DNA of 32,000 nt from contig NC_006908.1 in NCBI RefSeq assembly GCF_000008365.1, positions 300,001 to 332,000 on the forward strand. Reading direction: 5' to 3'. The translations under genes and the position numbers were made by a program. Within the stretch, counting starts at the first letter, position 1. Each line of letters begins with the position of its first letter. Of the stretch, positions 1 through 9,330 are shown piece after piece. The stretch is from Mycoplasma mobile 163K (lineage in GTDB: Bacteria > Bacillota_I > Bacilli_A > Mycoplasmatales > Metamycoplasmataceae). The notes under the pieces were generated by a model. It saw nothing but the letters and a program-made list of their open reading frames with translations, did not search any database and had not been told where the DNA came from.

Positions 1-148
1 TGATGAAAAAATTTTCAAATCAGGAAGAAATGTTCAAAATCTTCATGTAGTTAAATTAAATTCATTAACAGTTGAACTTTTAAATGAAACACATGCATTA
101 TTGTTGAGTAAAAAAGATCTTACTACATTAGAAAGTAGAGTTAAATAA
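1..148 (+). CDS. rplD: 50S ribosomal protein L4, 3' end (partial, runs off window start)
   Basis: Open frame from position 2 with tail ...NETHALLLSKKDLTTLESRVK*. The TAA stop at 146-148 overlaps the rplW ATG (TAATG). It sits immediately upstream of L23, as in S10 operons. The identity rests mainly on synteny. Confidence 0.8.
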   Translation, partial: DEKIFKSGRNVQNLHVVKLNSLTVELLNETHALLLSKKDLTTLESRVK

Positions 149-789
149 TGAATCATAATGAAATTATTAAATACCCTTTATTAACAGAAAAATCATATAA
201 AACTATGGCTCAAAATGTTTATGTTTTTGCTGTTGACAGAAGAGCTAGAAAAATTGAAATTAAAGATGCAATAGAATTTATTTTTGAAGTAAAAGTAGAA
301 AAAATCAATTTATTTAATGTTCCTCAAAAAGAAAAAAAAGTAGGACGTTTTAAAGGTCTTACAAATTCATATAAAAAGGCTTATGTTTATTTAAGAGAAG
401 GAAAAATCAATATTTTCCCTGAAGAAATTGAAAAAGAACAAAAAGTTGAAAAACAATTAATTAAAGAAAAATCAACATCAGAACTTAAATTAGAAGAAAA
501 AATTGCAGCAAAAATTGCAGCAAAAGAACAGTCAGAAATTAAGGATGAAATTGTTAAAAGCGTTCCTAAAAAAGTAACTTCTATCAAAAAAGAAATTACT
601 TCAAAAGAGGTAACCCCAATTAAGAAAACAACTTCTGTTAAGAAAGAAACTTCTCCTAAAGAAATAACTTCTGTTAAAAAAACAACAACAAAAGAAAAAG
701 ATAAAACATTAGTAGTGGCAAAAAAAGCAACTATTGATACAAAAGTTAAATCTACTACAACTAAAAAAACAACAACAAAAAAAGTTTAA
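148..789 (+). CDS. rplW: 50S ribosomal protein L23 with a ~120-aa K/T/S/E-rich C-terminal extension
   Basis: ORF track 148-789. The first ~93 aa (MNHNEIIKYPLLTEKSYK...KKAYVYLREGKINIF) form a canonical L23 domain. The rest is a low-complexity tail. Confidence 0.95.
   Translation: MNHNEIIKYPLLTEKSYKTMAQNVYVFAVDRRARKIEIKDAIEFIFEVKVEKINLFNVPQKEKKVGRFKGLTNSYKKAYVYLREGKINIFPEEIEKEQKVEKQLIKEKSTSELKLEEKIAAKIAAKEQSEIKDEIVKSVPKKVTSIKKEITSKEVTPIKKTTSVKKETSPKEITSVKKTTTKEKDKTLVVAKKATIDTKVKSTTTKKTTTKKV
499..522 (+). repeat. Perfect tandem duplication of a 12-nt unit (aaaattgcagca x2) inside the L23 tail, encoding KIAAKIAA
   Basis: Read directly: 499-510 is identical to 511-522. Confidence 0.9.
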
Positions 790-880
790 AAAAACAAAAA
801 TATAGCGAAATTGATTAATTAATAAATCAATCAAATGCTTAGAAGAAAATTCGCAACTATTTTTAGGCAAAGGAGAAAAA

Positions 881-1732
881 ATGGCTATTAAATATTTTAA
901 GCCAACTACTAATGGTAGAAGAAATATGTCAAGTTTAGATTATTCAAAAAATTTAACTGGGCATGAACCTACAAAAAGTCTTATGACTATTTTGAAAAAA
1001 AAGGCTGGTCGTAATAATTCAGGTCAAATCACAACAAGACATAAAGGATCTGGAGAAAAAAGAAAGTATCGTTTAGTTGATTTTAAAAGACAAAAAGATA
1101 ATATTGAAGCAATTGTGAAAACTATTGAATACGATCCAAACAGAAGTGCAAATATCTCATTAATTGTTTATAAAGATGGATTTAAATCATATATTTTATA
1201 TCCTAAAGGTTTAAAAGTTAATGATGTAATTGTTTCAGGTGAAGATGTTGATATTAAAATCGGAAATACTTTACCATTGAAAAACATTCCAGAAGGAACT
1301 TTCATTCATAATATTGAAATGCAACCTAAAGGTGGAGCTATTATCGCTAGATCAGCAGGTTCTTCTGCTCAAATTTTAGGTAAAGATGACAATGGAAAAT
1401 ATGTTGTTTTAAGATTAAAATCTGGTGAAACAAGAAGAATTTTGGCTGAATGTAGAGCAACAATTGGTGTTGTCGGTAATGAAGAACATTCACTTGTTAA
1501 TGTTGGAAAAGCCGGAAGAAATCGTCACAAAGGAATCAGACCTACTGTTAGAGGATCTGCCATGAACCCAAATGATCACCCGCATGGTGGTGGTGAAGGT
1601 AAACAACCAATTGGTAGAAAAAGCCCTATGACTCCTTGAGGTAGAAAAGCACTTGGTCCTAAGACAAGAAAAACAAACAAATCTTCAACAAAATTAATAA
1701 TTAGAGGAAGAAAAAAGAGGATAAATAACTAA
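881..1732 (+). CDS. rplB: 50S ribosomal protein L2
   Basis: AGGAG at 871-875. ORF 881-1639 ends at a TGA that falls on the conserved Trp (..SPMTPWGRKALG). Reading through gives TAA at 1730-1732 (283 aa). Motifs RHKGSG and HPHGGGEGK are present. Confidence 0.97.
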
Positions 1733-2007
1733 TGGCAAGATCAGCAAAAAAAGGATTTTATGTAGAAGCATCATTAATGAAAAAAGTAGTTAATGCTATC
1801 GAATCAAAATCAAAAAAACCAATCAAAACATGATCAAGACGTTCAACTATTTTCCCTGAATTTGTAGGTTTTACATTTCAAGTTCATAATGGAAGACAAT
1901 TTATTGATGTTTATGTAACAGATGATATGGTTGGGCATAAATTAGGAGAATTTTCACCAACAAGAACATACACAGGTCATGGATCAGAAAAAGGTAAGAA
2001 AAAATAA
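1732..2007 (+). CDS. rpsS: 30S ribosomal protein S19
   Basis: Missing from the ORF track because of an in-frame TGA at KTWSRRS. The ATG at 1732 overlaps the rplB stop. Sequence [15 protein letters not shown]...[39 protein letters not shown] at 2005-2007, 91 aa. Confidence 0.96.
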
Positions 2008-2339
2008 TGGAATCAAGAGCAACAGTTAAAGTACAAAGAATTAGCGCTCGTAAAGCAAGATTAGTAGCAGATTTAATTCGTTATAAATCAGCAAACGATG
2101 CGTTATCTATTTTATATAACACAAACAAAAAAGCTTCAGCCTTATTTATAAAATTATTAAATTCAGCCGTAGCAAATGCAATCAATAATCATGGGATGAA
2201 CAATGAAAAATTGGTTGTTGAAAAAGTTTTAGTAAATGAAGGTCCAACACTTAAAAGGTTTCAACCAAGAAGTCAAGGAAGAGCTTATTCAATTTTTAAA
2301 AGAACTAGTCATTTAGAAATTGTTTTAAAAGAAAAGTAG
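2007..2339 (+). CDS. rplV: 50S ribosomal protein L22
   Basis: ORF track. ...[29 protein letters not shown]...[21 protein letters not shown] is typical L22. TAATG junction with rpsS. Confidence 0.96.
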   Translation: MESRATVKVQRISARKARLVADLIRYKSANDALSILYNTNKKASALFIKLLNSAVANAINNHGMNNEKLVVEKVLVNEGPTLKRFQPRSQGRAYSIFKRTSHLEIVLKEK

Positions 2340-2350
2340 GAGAGTAATAA

Positions 2351-3028
2351 ATGGGACAAAAAGTTAATCCAAATGGATTTAGATATGGTGTAACTAAAAA
2401 ACATAACACCTTATGATATGCGGATAAAAAAGATTTTGCTGATATTTTATTACAAGATGATAAAATCTACAGATTTTTTAACAAGTTTACACGTGAATAT
2501 TTAATTGGTAAAGTGGAAATTAGAAGAAATCAAAATGGTCATTTAAGTGTACTTGTTCATAGTGCAAAACCTGGAGCTATTTTAGGTCAAAATGGAGAAA
2601 ACATCAATAAATTAACTCAAGATATTCAAAAACTTTTAAGAAACAAAGAACTTAAATTAAATATTGAAGTAGTTAATATTAAAAATCCTGACTTAAATGC
2701 AATCATTTTAGCAGAACAAATTGCTATTAAATTAGAAAATAGAGCACCTTTTAGAGTTGCACAAAAATTTGCAATTAGAAATGCAATGAAAAGTGGAGCA
2801 AAAGGAATTAAAACTCAAGTTTCAGGACGTTTAAATGGTGTAGATATGGCTCGTTCAGAAGGATATTCTGAAGGAGAAATGAAATTACATACTTTAAGAC
2901 AAGATGTTGATTTTGCAATGGCGACTGCAAGAACAACTTATGGTGCAATTGGAGTTAAAGTTTGAGTTTCAAAAGGTGAATTTTTAGACGGGAATGGTGA
3001 AAAAAATGTTACAACCGAAAAGAACTAA
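2351..3028 (+). CDS. rpsC: 30S ribosomal protein S3
   Basis: AGGAG at 2338-2342, ATG at 2351, [14 protein letters not shown].... It is in frame with ORF 2513-2965 across two TGA (Trp) codons and ends at TAA 3026-3028 (225 aa). Confidence 0.96.
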
Positions 3029-3422
3029 ATATCGTCGTACACATAGATTACAACACGATAAAGGTGAAGCACATACTGGTAATAAAGTATCTTTTGGTAA
3101 ATTCGGTTTGCAAGCTAAAACATCAGCTTGAATTACAGCTAGACAAATTGAAAGTGCTAGAATTGCAATCACTCGTTATATGGGTCGTGAGGGGCAAGTG
3201 TTCATTAGAATTTTCCCACAATTAAGTCTTACTTCTAAACCTATTGGAGTACGTATGGGTAAGGGAAAAGGTTCTCCTGAAAAATGAGTAGCGGTTGCAA
3301 AAGTAAATACAATGTTATTTGAAGTATCAGGTGTTAAAGATGAAGTTGCTAAAGAAGCTTTACGTTTAGGATCTTACAAGCTTCCAGTAAAATCTAAAAT
3401 TGTTTTAAAAGAGAGTGAATAA
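3006..3422 (+). CDS. rplP: 50S ribosomal protein L16
   Basis: Not in the ORF track (in-frame TGA codons). [23 protein letters not shown]...[18 protein letters not shown]...[16 protein letters not shown].... It overlaps rpsC by 23 nt. TAA at 3420-3422, 138 aa. Confidence 0.96.
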
Positions 3423-3676
3423 TGTTATATAAAGATATTAAGAATAAATCTACTACTGAATTAAATGATTTGATTGTTGAATTAAAAGCTGAATTATTTT
3501 TATTAAGATTCAAAAATAAAACTTCTCAACAAGAACAAACACATAAAATTCAAGTAGTAAGAAAAGATGTTGCAAAAGTTCTAACTGCACTTAAAGAAAA
3601 ACAAATTTTAGGTGAAAAAGAACTAATCAATAAAATTGATAAAAAAGAGGTAAAGAAAAATGCAAGAAAGAATTAA
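3422..3676 (+). CDS. rpmC: 50S ribosomal protein L29 (with extended C-terminus)
   Basis: ORF track. The core ...ELNDLIVELKAELFLLRFKNKTSQQEQTHKIQVVRKDVAKVLT matches L29, and the position between L16 and S17 fits. Confidence 0.93.
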   Translation: MLYKDIKNKSTTELNDLIVELKAELFLLRFKNKTSQQEQTHKIQVVRKDVAKVLTALKEKQILGEKELINKIDKKEVKKNARKN

Positions 3677-3938
3677 TCGTCGTAAAGCTTTAACTGGAGT
3701 AGTTGTTTCAGATAAAAGTTCAAAAACTATTGTTGTTGCTGTCGATACTTTCAAAAAAGACCCTTTATATCAAAAACGTTTTAAATCAACGAAAAAATTT
3801 GCAGCTCATGATGAAAAAGAAGAAGCACAAATGGGTGATATTGTTAAAATTGTTGGTACAAGACCTTTAAGTAAAACAAAATTTTTCCGTTTAGAAAAAA
3901 TTAGACAAAGAGCTAAAGAAGGAAAAGGAAGTGAATAA
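3660..3938 (+). CDS. rpsQ: 30S ribosomal protein S17
   Basis: ORF track. [45 protein letters not shown]...[16 protein letters not shown]. Overlaps rpmC by 17 nt. Confidence 0.96.
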   Translation: MQERINRRKALTGVVVSDKSSKTIVVAVDTFKKDPLYQKRFKSTKKFAAHDEKEEAQMGDIVKIVGTRPLSKTKFFRLEKIRQRAKEGKGSE

Positions 3939-4306
3939 TGATACAAGAAGAAAGTAGAGTTAAAGTAGCGGATAATTCAGGTGCAAAAGAAGTCGGGATT
4001 ATTAGAAACTTAGGTGGAAGTGTTAAAAAAACTTCAAATATTGGTGATATTGTTGTTTGTTCAATTAAAAAAGCATTACCTACTGGTTTAGTAAAAGAAG
4101 GTCAAGTAGTTAGAGCAGTTGTTGTAAGAACAAAGTATGGTATTAAGAGAAAAGATGGAACTCACATTAAATTTGATGATAATGCTGTTGTTATTTTAAA
4201 AGAAGATGGAACTCCAAGAGCAACTAGAGTTTTTGGGCCTGTAGCAAGAGAATTGCGTGATAAAGGTTATTTAAAAATTGTTTCTCTAGCGCCAGAGGTT
4301 TTATAG
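3938..4306 (+). CDS. rplN: 50S ribosomal protein L14
   Basis: ORF track. [23 protein letters not shown]...VVVRTK...[11 protein letters not shown]. Confidence 0.97.
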   Translation: MIQEESRVKVADNSGAKEVGIIRNLGGSVKKTSNIGDIVVCSIKKALPTGLVKEGQVVRAVVVRTKYGIKRKDGTHIKFDDNAVVILKEDGTPRATRVFGPVARELRDKGYLKIVSLAPEVL

Positions 4307-4313
4307 GATAAGT

Positions 4314-4691
4314 ATGAAATTACAAAAATCAAAATTACATAAAAATGATCAAGTTTTAATAATTTCTGGAAAATTCAAAGGAAGATCTGGACAAATTATT
4401 GCTATTGATTACAAAAATGAAACTGTTAAAGTTAGAGACATCAACAAAGTAACAAAACATGTTAAACCTACACAACAAAAAACAGAAGGTGGCATCGAAA
4501 CCTTTGAAGCAGGAATTCACATTTCTAATGTTGCTTTAAAATTTAAAACACCAAAACTAAAATCAAAAGATAAAGCAACAAGTGACACTTCAATTACTCC
4601 TTTATCAGCAAAAGAACATACAAAAATTGGTTATAAAATCGAAAATAATAAAAAAGTACGAATTGCTAAACGTACTGGAAAGAGCATTTAA
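4314..4691 (+). CDS. rplX: 50S ribosomal protein L24 (with internal insertion)
   Basis: ORF track. KOW motif [21 protein letters not shown], then ...KHVKPTQQ...GGI...HISNVAL...[18 protein letters not shown]. Confidence 0.95.
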   Translation: MKLQKSKLHKNDQVLIISGKFKGRSGQIIAIDYKNETVKVRDINKVTKHVKPTQQKTEGGIETFEAGIHISNVALKFKTPKLKSKDKATSDTSITPLSAKEHTKIGYKIENNKKVRIAKRTGKSI

Positions 4692-5239
4692 TGAATGAAC
4701 TACAAGTTAAATTTAATGAAAAAGTTAAACAAGACATCATGAAAAACTTTGGTTATAAATCACCAATGCAAATTCCAAGAATTAAAAAAATTGTAATTAA
4801 TATGACAGCAGGTAATGAAGTATCAAACACTAAAGCTGTTGAAGAAGTAATAAATGAATTAACTTTAATTACAGGGCAAACCCCTTACAAAACACATGCA
4901 AAAAAATCTTTAGCTTCATTTAAAATTCGTGAAGGAATGCCAATGGGTGGAAAAGTTACTTTAAGAAGAGACAAAATGTGAGATTTTTTACAAAAATTGA
5001 TAGACATTGTTATTCCTAGAATAAGAGATTTTAGAGGTATTAGTCCAAAATCTTTTGATGGAAGAGGTAATTTTGCACTTGGAATTGAAGAAGAAATCAT
5101 TTTCCCAGAAATTGATTTTGATAAAATTCGTCGTAATAAAGGACTAGATGTAATTATTGTAACAAGCGCAAATACAGATAGTGAAGCAAAATATTTATTA
5201 GAAAAACTAGGAATGCCTTTTGCTAAGGCAACAAATTAA
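4691..5239 (+). CDS. rplE: 50S ribosomal protein L5
   Basis: ORF fragments 4691-4981 and 4997-5239 share one frame and are joined through a TGA (Trp). [13 protein letters not shown]...[18 protein letters not shown]...[21 protein letters not shown]. Confidence 0.96.
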
Positions 5240-5247
5240 GGGGAAAT

Positions 5248-5433
5248 ATGGCAAAAACATCATTAAAAGTCAAAGCTACTAGACATCCTAAATATTCTGC
5301 AAGAGCATATACAAGATGCCAGATTTGTGGTCGTCCACAAGCTGTTTTAAGAAAATATAAAATTTGTCGTATTTGTTTTAGAAAATTAGCACATGAAGGT
5401 AAAATTCCTGGCATGAAGAAAGCGAGCTGATAA
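5248..5433 (+). CDS. rpsN: 30S ribosomal protein S14, zinc-binding type Z
   Basis: SD GGGG/AAGGGG upstream. CQICGRP...CRICFR zinc ribbon. The terminal TGA at 5428-5430 encodes the conserved final Trp (..KKASW), and the true stop is TAA at 5431-5433. Confidence 0.96.
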
Positions 5434-5834
5434 TGTCTAGAGTTATTACAGATCCAATTGCAGATATGTTAGTAAGAATAAAAAATGCAACTGCAAGAAA
5501 ACATAAAAATGTTTTAATCCCTTTTTCAAATAAAAAATCTAAAATTTTAGAAATCATTAAAGATCAAGGATATATTTTTGATTTTGCTATTGAAGGAGAT
5601 AGTGTTAAGAAAAATCTTAATGTTACTTTAAAATACAAAAATAATATCAGTGTAATTACTGGTGTAAAAAGAATTTCAAAACCTGGACTAAAAGTTTATT
5701 CTTCAGTTGAAGATTTACCAATGGTATTAAATGGTTATGGAATTGCAATCATTTCTACTTCAAAAGGTGTTTTAACCGACAAACAAGCAAGAAAGGAAAA
5801 TGTAGGTGGCGAAATCGTTGCTTACATTTGATAA
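5433..5834 (+). CDS. rpsH: 30S ribosomal protein S8
   Basis: ORF track 5433-5831. The TGA encodes the conserved C-terminal Trp (..EIVAYIW), and the stop is TAA at 5832-5834. [13 protein letters not shown] at the N-terminus. Confidence 0.96.
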
Positions 5835-5839
5835 GTAAT

Positions 5840-6379
5840 ATGTCACGTGTTGGAAGAAGAGTTTTAACTTTACCTAAAGATGTAGAGTTAAATATTAAAA
5901 ATAATTTAGTAGAAATTAAGGGTAAATTAGGAGTTTTAACTTTTAATGTTAATCCTTTAATTGCTATCGAAGTAGAAAATCATGAAGTAAAAACAATTAG
6001 AGCAAATGAAGAAAAACATACAAAACAATTACATGGAACAACAAATTCTATTATTGAAAATATGATCATTGGTGTAAGTAAAGGGTTTAAAAAAGAACTT
6101 GAAATAAAAGGTGTTGGATACAAATCTGCTTTAAAAGGTAGTCAAATTGAAATTGCAGCAGGATATTCACATTTGGTTTATGTTAATGTTCCAAAAGAAC
6201 TAAAAGTAGAAATTCCAAAACCTACTCAAATTATTATTTCAGGAATTGATAATCAAAAAGTTGGAGAACTTGCTGCTGTTATTAGAAAAGTAAGAACTCC
6301 AAATCCTTATTCAGGAAAAGGGATTATGTATAAAGGCGAAGTAATTCGTCGTAAAGAAGGAAAGGCAGCAGGTAAATAA
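5840..6379 (+). CDS. rplF: 50S ribosomal protein L6
   Basis: ORF track 5828-6379. I prefer the ATG at 5840 (MSRVGRRVLTLPKDV...) over the track's TTG at 5828, which lies inside rpsH. ...PYSGKGIMYKGEVIRRKEGKA. Confidence 0.94.
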   Translation: MSRVGRRVLTLPKDVELNIKNNLVEIKGKLGVLTFNVNPLIAIEVENHEVKTIRANEEKHTKQLHGTTNSIIENMIIGVSKGFKKELEIKGVGYKSALKGSQIEIAAGYSHLVYVNVPKELKVEIPKPTQIIISGIDNQKVGELAAVIRKVRTPNPYSGKGIMYKGEVIRRKEGKAAGK

Positions 6380-6732
6380 TGGCAAAACTATTAAGTCGTA
6401 ATGATGCAAGAAAAGCAAAACATCTACGTATTCGTAATAAAATACGTAAAACAACAAATTTACCTCGTGTTTTTGTTTACAAATCTTTACAAAATTTTTA
6501 TGCACAACTTTTTGATGATAAATTAAATAAAACAATTGTTAGTTTAGGAACATCTAAAAACAAAGAATATAGCGGTAATATAGCTGCTGCTAAAAAACTA
6601 GGACATGAAATGGGAGCTTTATTAAAAACTAAAAAAATTGATAAAATTGTTTTTGATCGTTCTGGATATATTTATCACGGAAGAGTAAAAGCCTTTGCTG
6701 AAGCAATGCGTGAAGAAGGAGTTAAATTTTAA
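6379..6732 (+). CDS. rplR: 50S ribosomal protein L18
   Basis: ORF track. ...[12 protein letters not shown]...[16 protein letters not shown]...[22 protein letters not shown]. Confidence 0.96.
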   Translation: MAKLLSRNDARKAKHLRIRNKIRKTTNLPRVFVYKSLQNFYAQLFDDKLNKTIVSLGTSKNKEYSGNIAAAKKLGHEMGALLKTKKIDKIVFDRSGYIYHGRVKAFAEAMREEGVKF

Positions 6733-7463
6733 TGCCTATTGATAAAAAACAAGAAAAGAATTTTACAAATAAAATTCAAGAAGAAGGACAAAAGTCTTTA
6801 GATACTTCTTTAACTCAAGAAATTGAAATTTTAGAAGAAAAATTAAACAAAAATCCTGATCACAAGGGTACAATAAATACAACTCCTAATGATAATTCAA
6901 CATCTAAAAATTCAAAAGATAAAGATTTTAAATTTAAAAAGAAAACTAATTCTCAAAATTTCAAAAAAAATGCTAACAAAAAACCTGAAAAAGAATTTGA
7001 AGAAAAAATCGTTAATATTGCAAGAGTTACAAATGTTGTAAAAGGTGGAAGAAGATTTTCATTTGCAGCTGTTGTAGTTGTTGGTGATAAAAAAGGTAGA
7101 GTTGGTTATGGTCACGGAAAAGCTCTTGAAGTACCAGATGCAATTAAAAAAGCAGTAAAAGATGCTCAAAACAATTTAATTAGAGTTCCAATTATTAATA
7201 AATCGACTGTTCCTCATGAGCAGTGAGCTAAATTTTTAGCCTCAAAAGTTATGTTGAAACCAGCTCCAAAAGGGAAAGGAATTATTGCTTCTAATTCAGT
7301 TAGAGCAGTAGTTGAACTTGCGGGATATACAGACATTTACACAAAATCTTATGGTTCAAGATCAAAAGAAAATGTTGTTAAAGCTGTTTTTGATGCACTT
7401 AAAAAATTAAGATATGCTGAAGACATTGCTAAAATGCGTGATTTAGATATTAAAGATTTATAG
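6732..7463 (+). CDS. rpsE: 30S ribosomal protein S5 with a ~85-aa low-complexity N-terminal extension
   Basis: Fragments 6732-7226 and 7251-7463 are in frame across a TGA. The conserved core begins near [42 protein letters not shown]. The ATG overlaps the rplR stop (TAATG). 243 aa. Confidence 0.93.
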
Positions 7464-7477
7464 AAAGAAGTGTGAAA

Positions 7478-7915
7478 ATGAATTTACATGAATTAAAATA
7501 TAATGAAGGTGCTAGAAAAGAAAAGCACCGTGTTGGTAGAGGACACGCAGCAGGTAAAGGAAAACAAGCTGGTAAAGGTCAAAGTGGTCAATTAAAAAGA
7601 ACTGGAAGCAAGCCAGGATTTGAAGGGGGACAAAACCCTTGATATCGTCGTGTTCCAAAAAGAGGATTTAACAATGTTAATCATATTGAATATCAAGTTA
7701 TTTCAATTGAAACTTTAGATGCTGCTTTTCCAGATAAAGCAGAAATTAATCCAGAAGTTTTACATGAAAAAAGAATTGCTAGAAACAAAAATTTACCAAT
7801 TAAACTTTTAGCAAATGGCGCAACAAAGAAAAAATTTACAATAAAATTAAATGCTGCAAGTAAAAAAGCAATTGAATTGATTGAAAAAGCCGGAGGAAAA
7901 GTAGAGGTTATTTAA
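7478..7915 (+). CDS. rplO: 50S ribosomal protein L15
   Basis: Not in the ORF track (in-frame TGA). [38 protein letters not shown]...[11 protein letters not shown].... TAA at 7913-7915, 145 aa. Confidence 0.95.
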
Positions 7916-9330
7916 TGATCCCTAAAATAAAAGATTTTTTTGCTAATATTCCAACAAGTATTGCAAAATATTTTTTTATTCTAAGAAATGCCTGAAAAGA
8001 TTTTAGAAAAAAAAGAGCATTATTAAATAAAATTGTTTTCACAATTTTTCTTTTATCTATTTTTGCAATTGCAGGATCAATAACACTGCCTGGTGTAAGT
8101 GTTGGTAATTTAGACTCAAACACTTTTTTAGGAATTTTAAATCTTGTAGGTGGTGGAGGATTAAGAAACTTTAGTATTGTAGCTTTAGGAATCAGTCCTT
8201 TTATTACTGCTTCTCTTGTTATGCAAATTTTGCAAACCAAACTATTTCCACCTATTTATAGGCTTAGTCAAAGCGGACCTATTGGAAGAAGAAAAATTAA
8301 TATTATCACAAGAGCAATTACGATTTTTTTAGGAGTTGTTCAATCAATGACGATTGTTTCAGCACTTTCCGCTCAAAATTCTTTTATATCATTAACAAAT
8401 GAATTTAATGTTTTTTGATATCAGTTTATAATTTTACCAGTTATTTTAATTGCAGGAACAGTTTTTAGTATTTTTATTGGTGATCAAATTACTGATAAAG
8501 GTGTTGGAAATGGAACAACATTGTTGATTTTTACAGGGATTGTAATAACATTACCTACTCAATTTACAGCAACTTTCAATGCTCTTGTAGGTGAACAACA
8601 AAGAGTCTCTTCTTTATCAAATGGGATCGTAACTTTTATTTCTTATGTTTTTGGTTTTATTATCTTAATGTACATTATAGGATTTGTTTATAATGCCGAA
8701 AGAAGAATTCCAATTCAACAAGTTGGAGCTGGTAGAGCTAAAAATGAAAAAGAACTTTCTTATTTACCAATTAAAATTAATCCAGGTGGAATCAGTCCAA
8801 TCATTTTTGCTTTGATAATAATTTCTTTTCCACAATTATTTGCAAGCGTCTTTCCTATTTCAAATCCTTTTAGAATTTGAGTAGAAAGTAATTTAAGGCC
8901 AAATAATACAATTGGGTTTATTTTGTTTATTTCAATAACTTTCATTTTTGCAATTTTCTTTGGATTGCAACAATCTAAAGTTGATAAAATTGCTGAAGAT
9001 TTTGCTAAAAACTCAACTTTTATCCCTGGTATAAAACCAGGACAAGAAACAGAAACTTATTTGACAGGAATTGTTTTAAGATTATGTTTTTTTAGTGCTT
9101 TTTACTTAATCATAATTGGAGGAATGCAATTTGCTCAGCAATTAGCAGGAGTTCCTGAAAATATTAGTTTCGGTGGGACAAGTGTCATTATTTTAGTAAC
9201 TGCTTCATATGAAACAATTACTCAAATTCAAGCAAGAAAAAAAAGTCAAAGCTTAAGTCAAAAACATAAAAAAATACTTGAAGTTACTTCAAAGAATAAT
9301 AATGATGAAAAATCAAAAGGATTATTATGA
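7915..9330 (+). CDS. secY: Preprotein translocase subunit SecY
   Basis: The ATG at 7915 overlaps the rplO stop. An unlisted N-terminal part plus fragments 8221-8418, 8521-8880 and 8923-9330 are all in one frame, joined by TGA codons. ...LGISPFITASLVMQIL..., multi-TM, 471 aa. Confidence 0.95.

Noticed and set aside
7908-8240. 110-aa minus-strand ORF antisense to secY. Similar antisense ORFs lie at 387-587, 2984-3172, 4885-5100, 5223-5414, 6311-6535 and 8760-8945.
   Set aside because: Each lies entirely inside a well-supported, conserved plus-strand gene. They have Leu/Ile/Phe/Ser-rich composition typical of the reverse complement of AT-rich coding sequence, and no SD or promoter.
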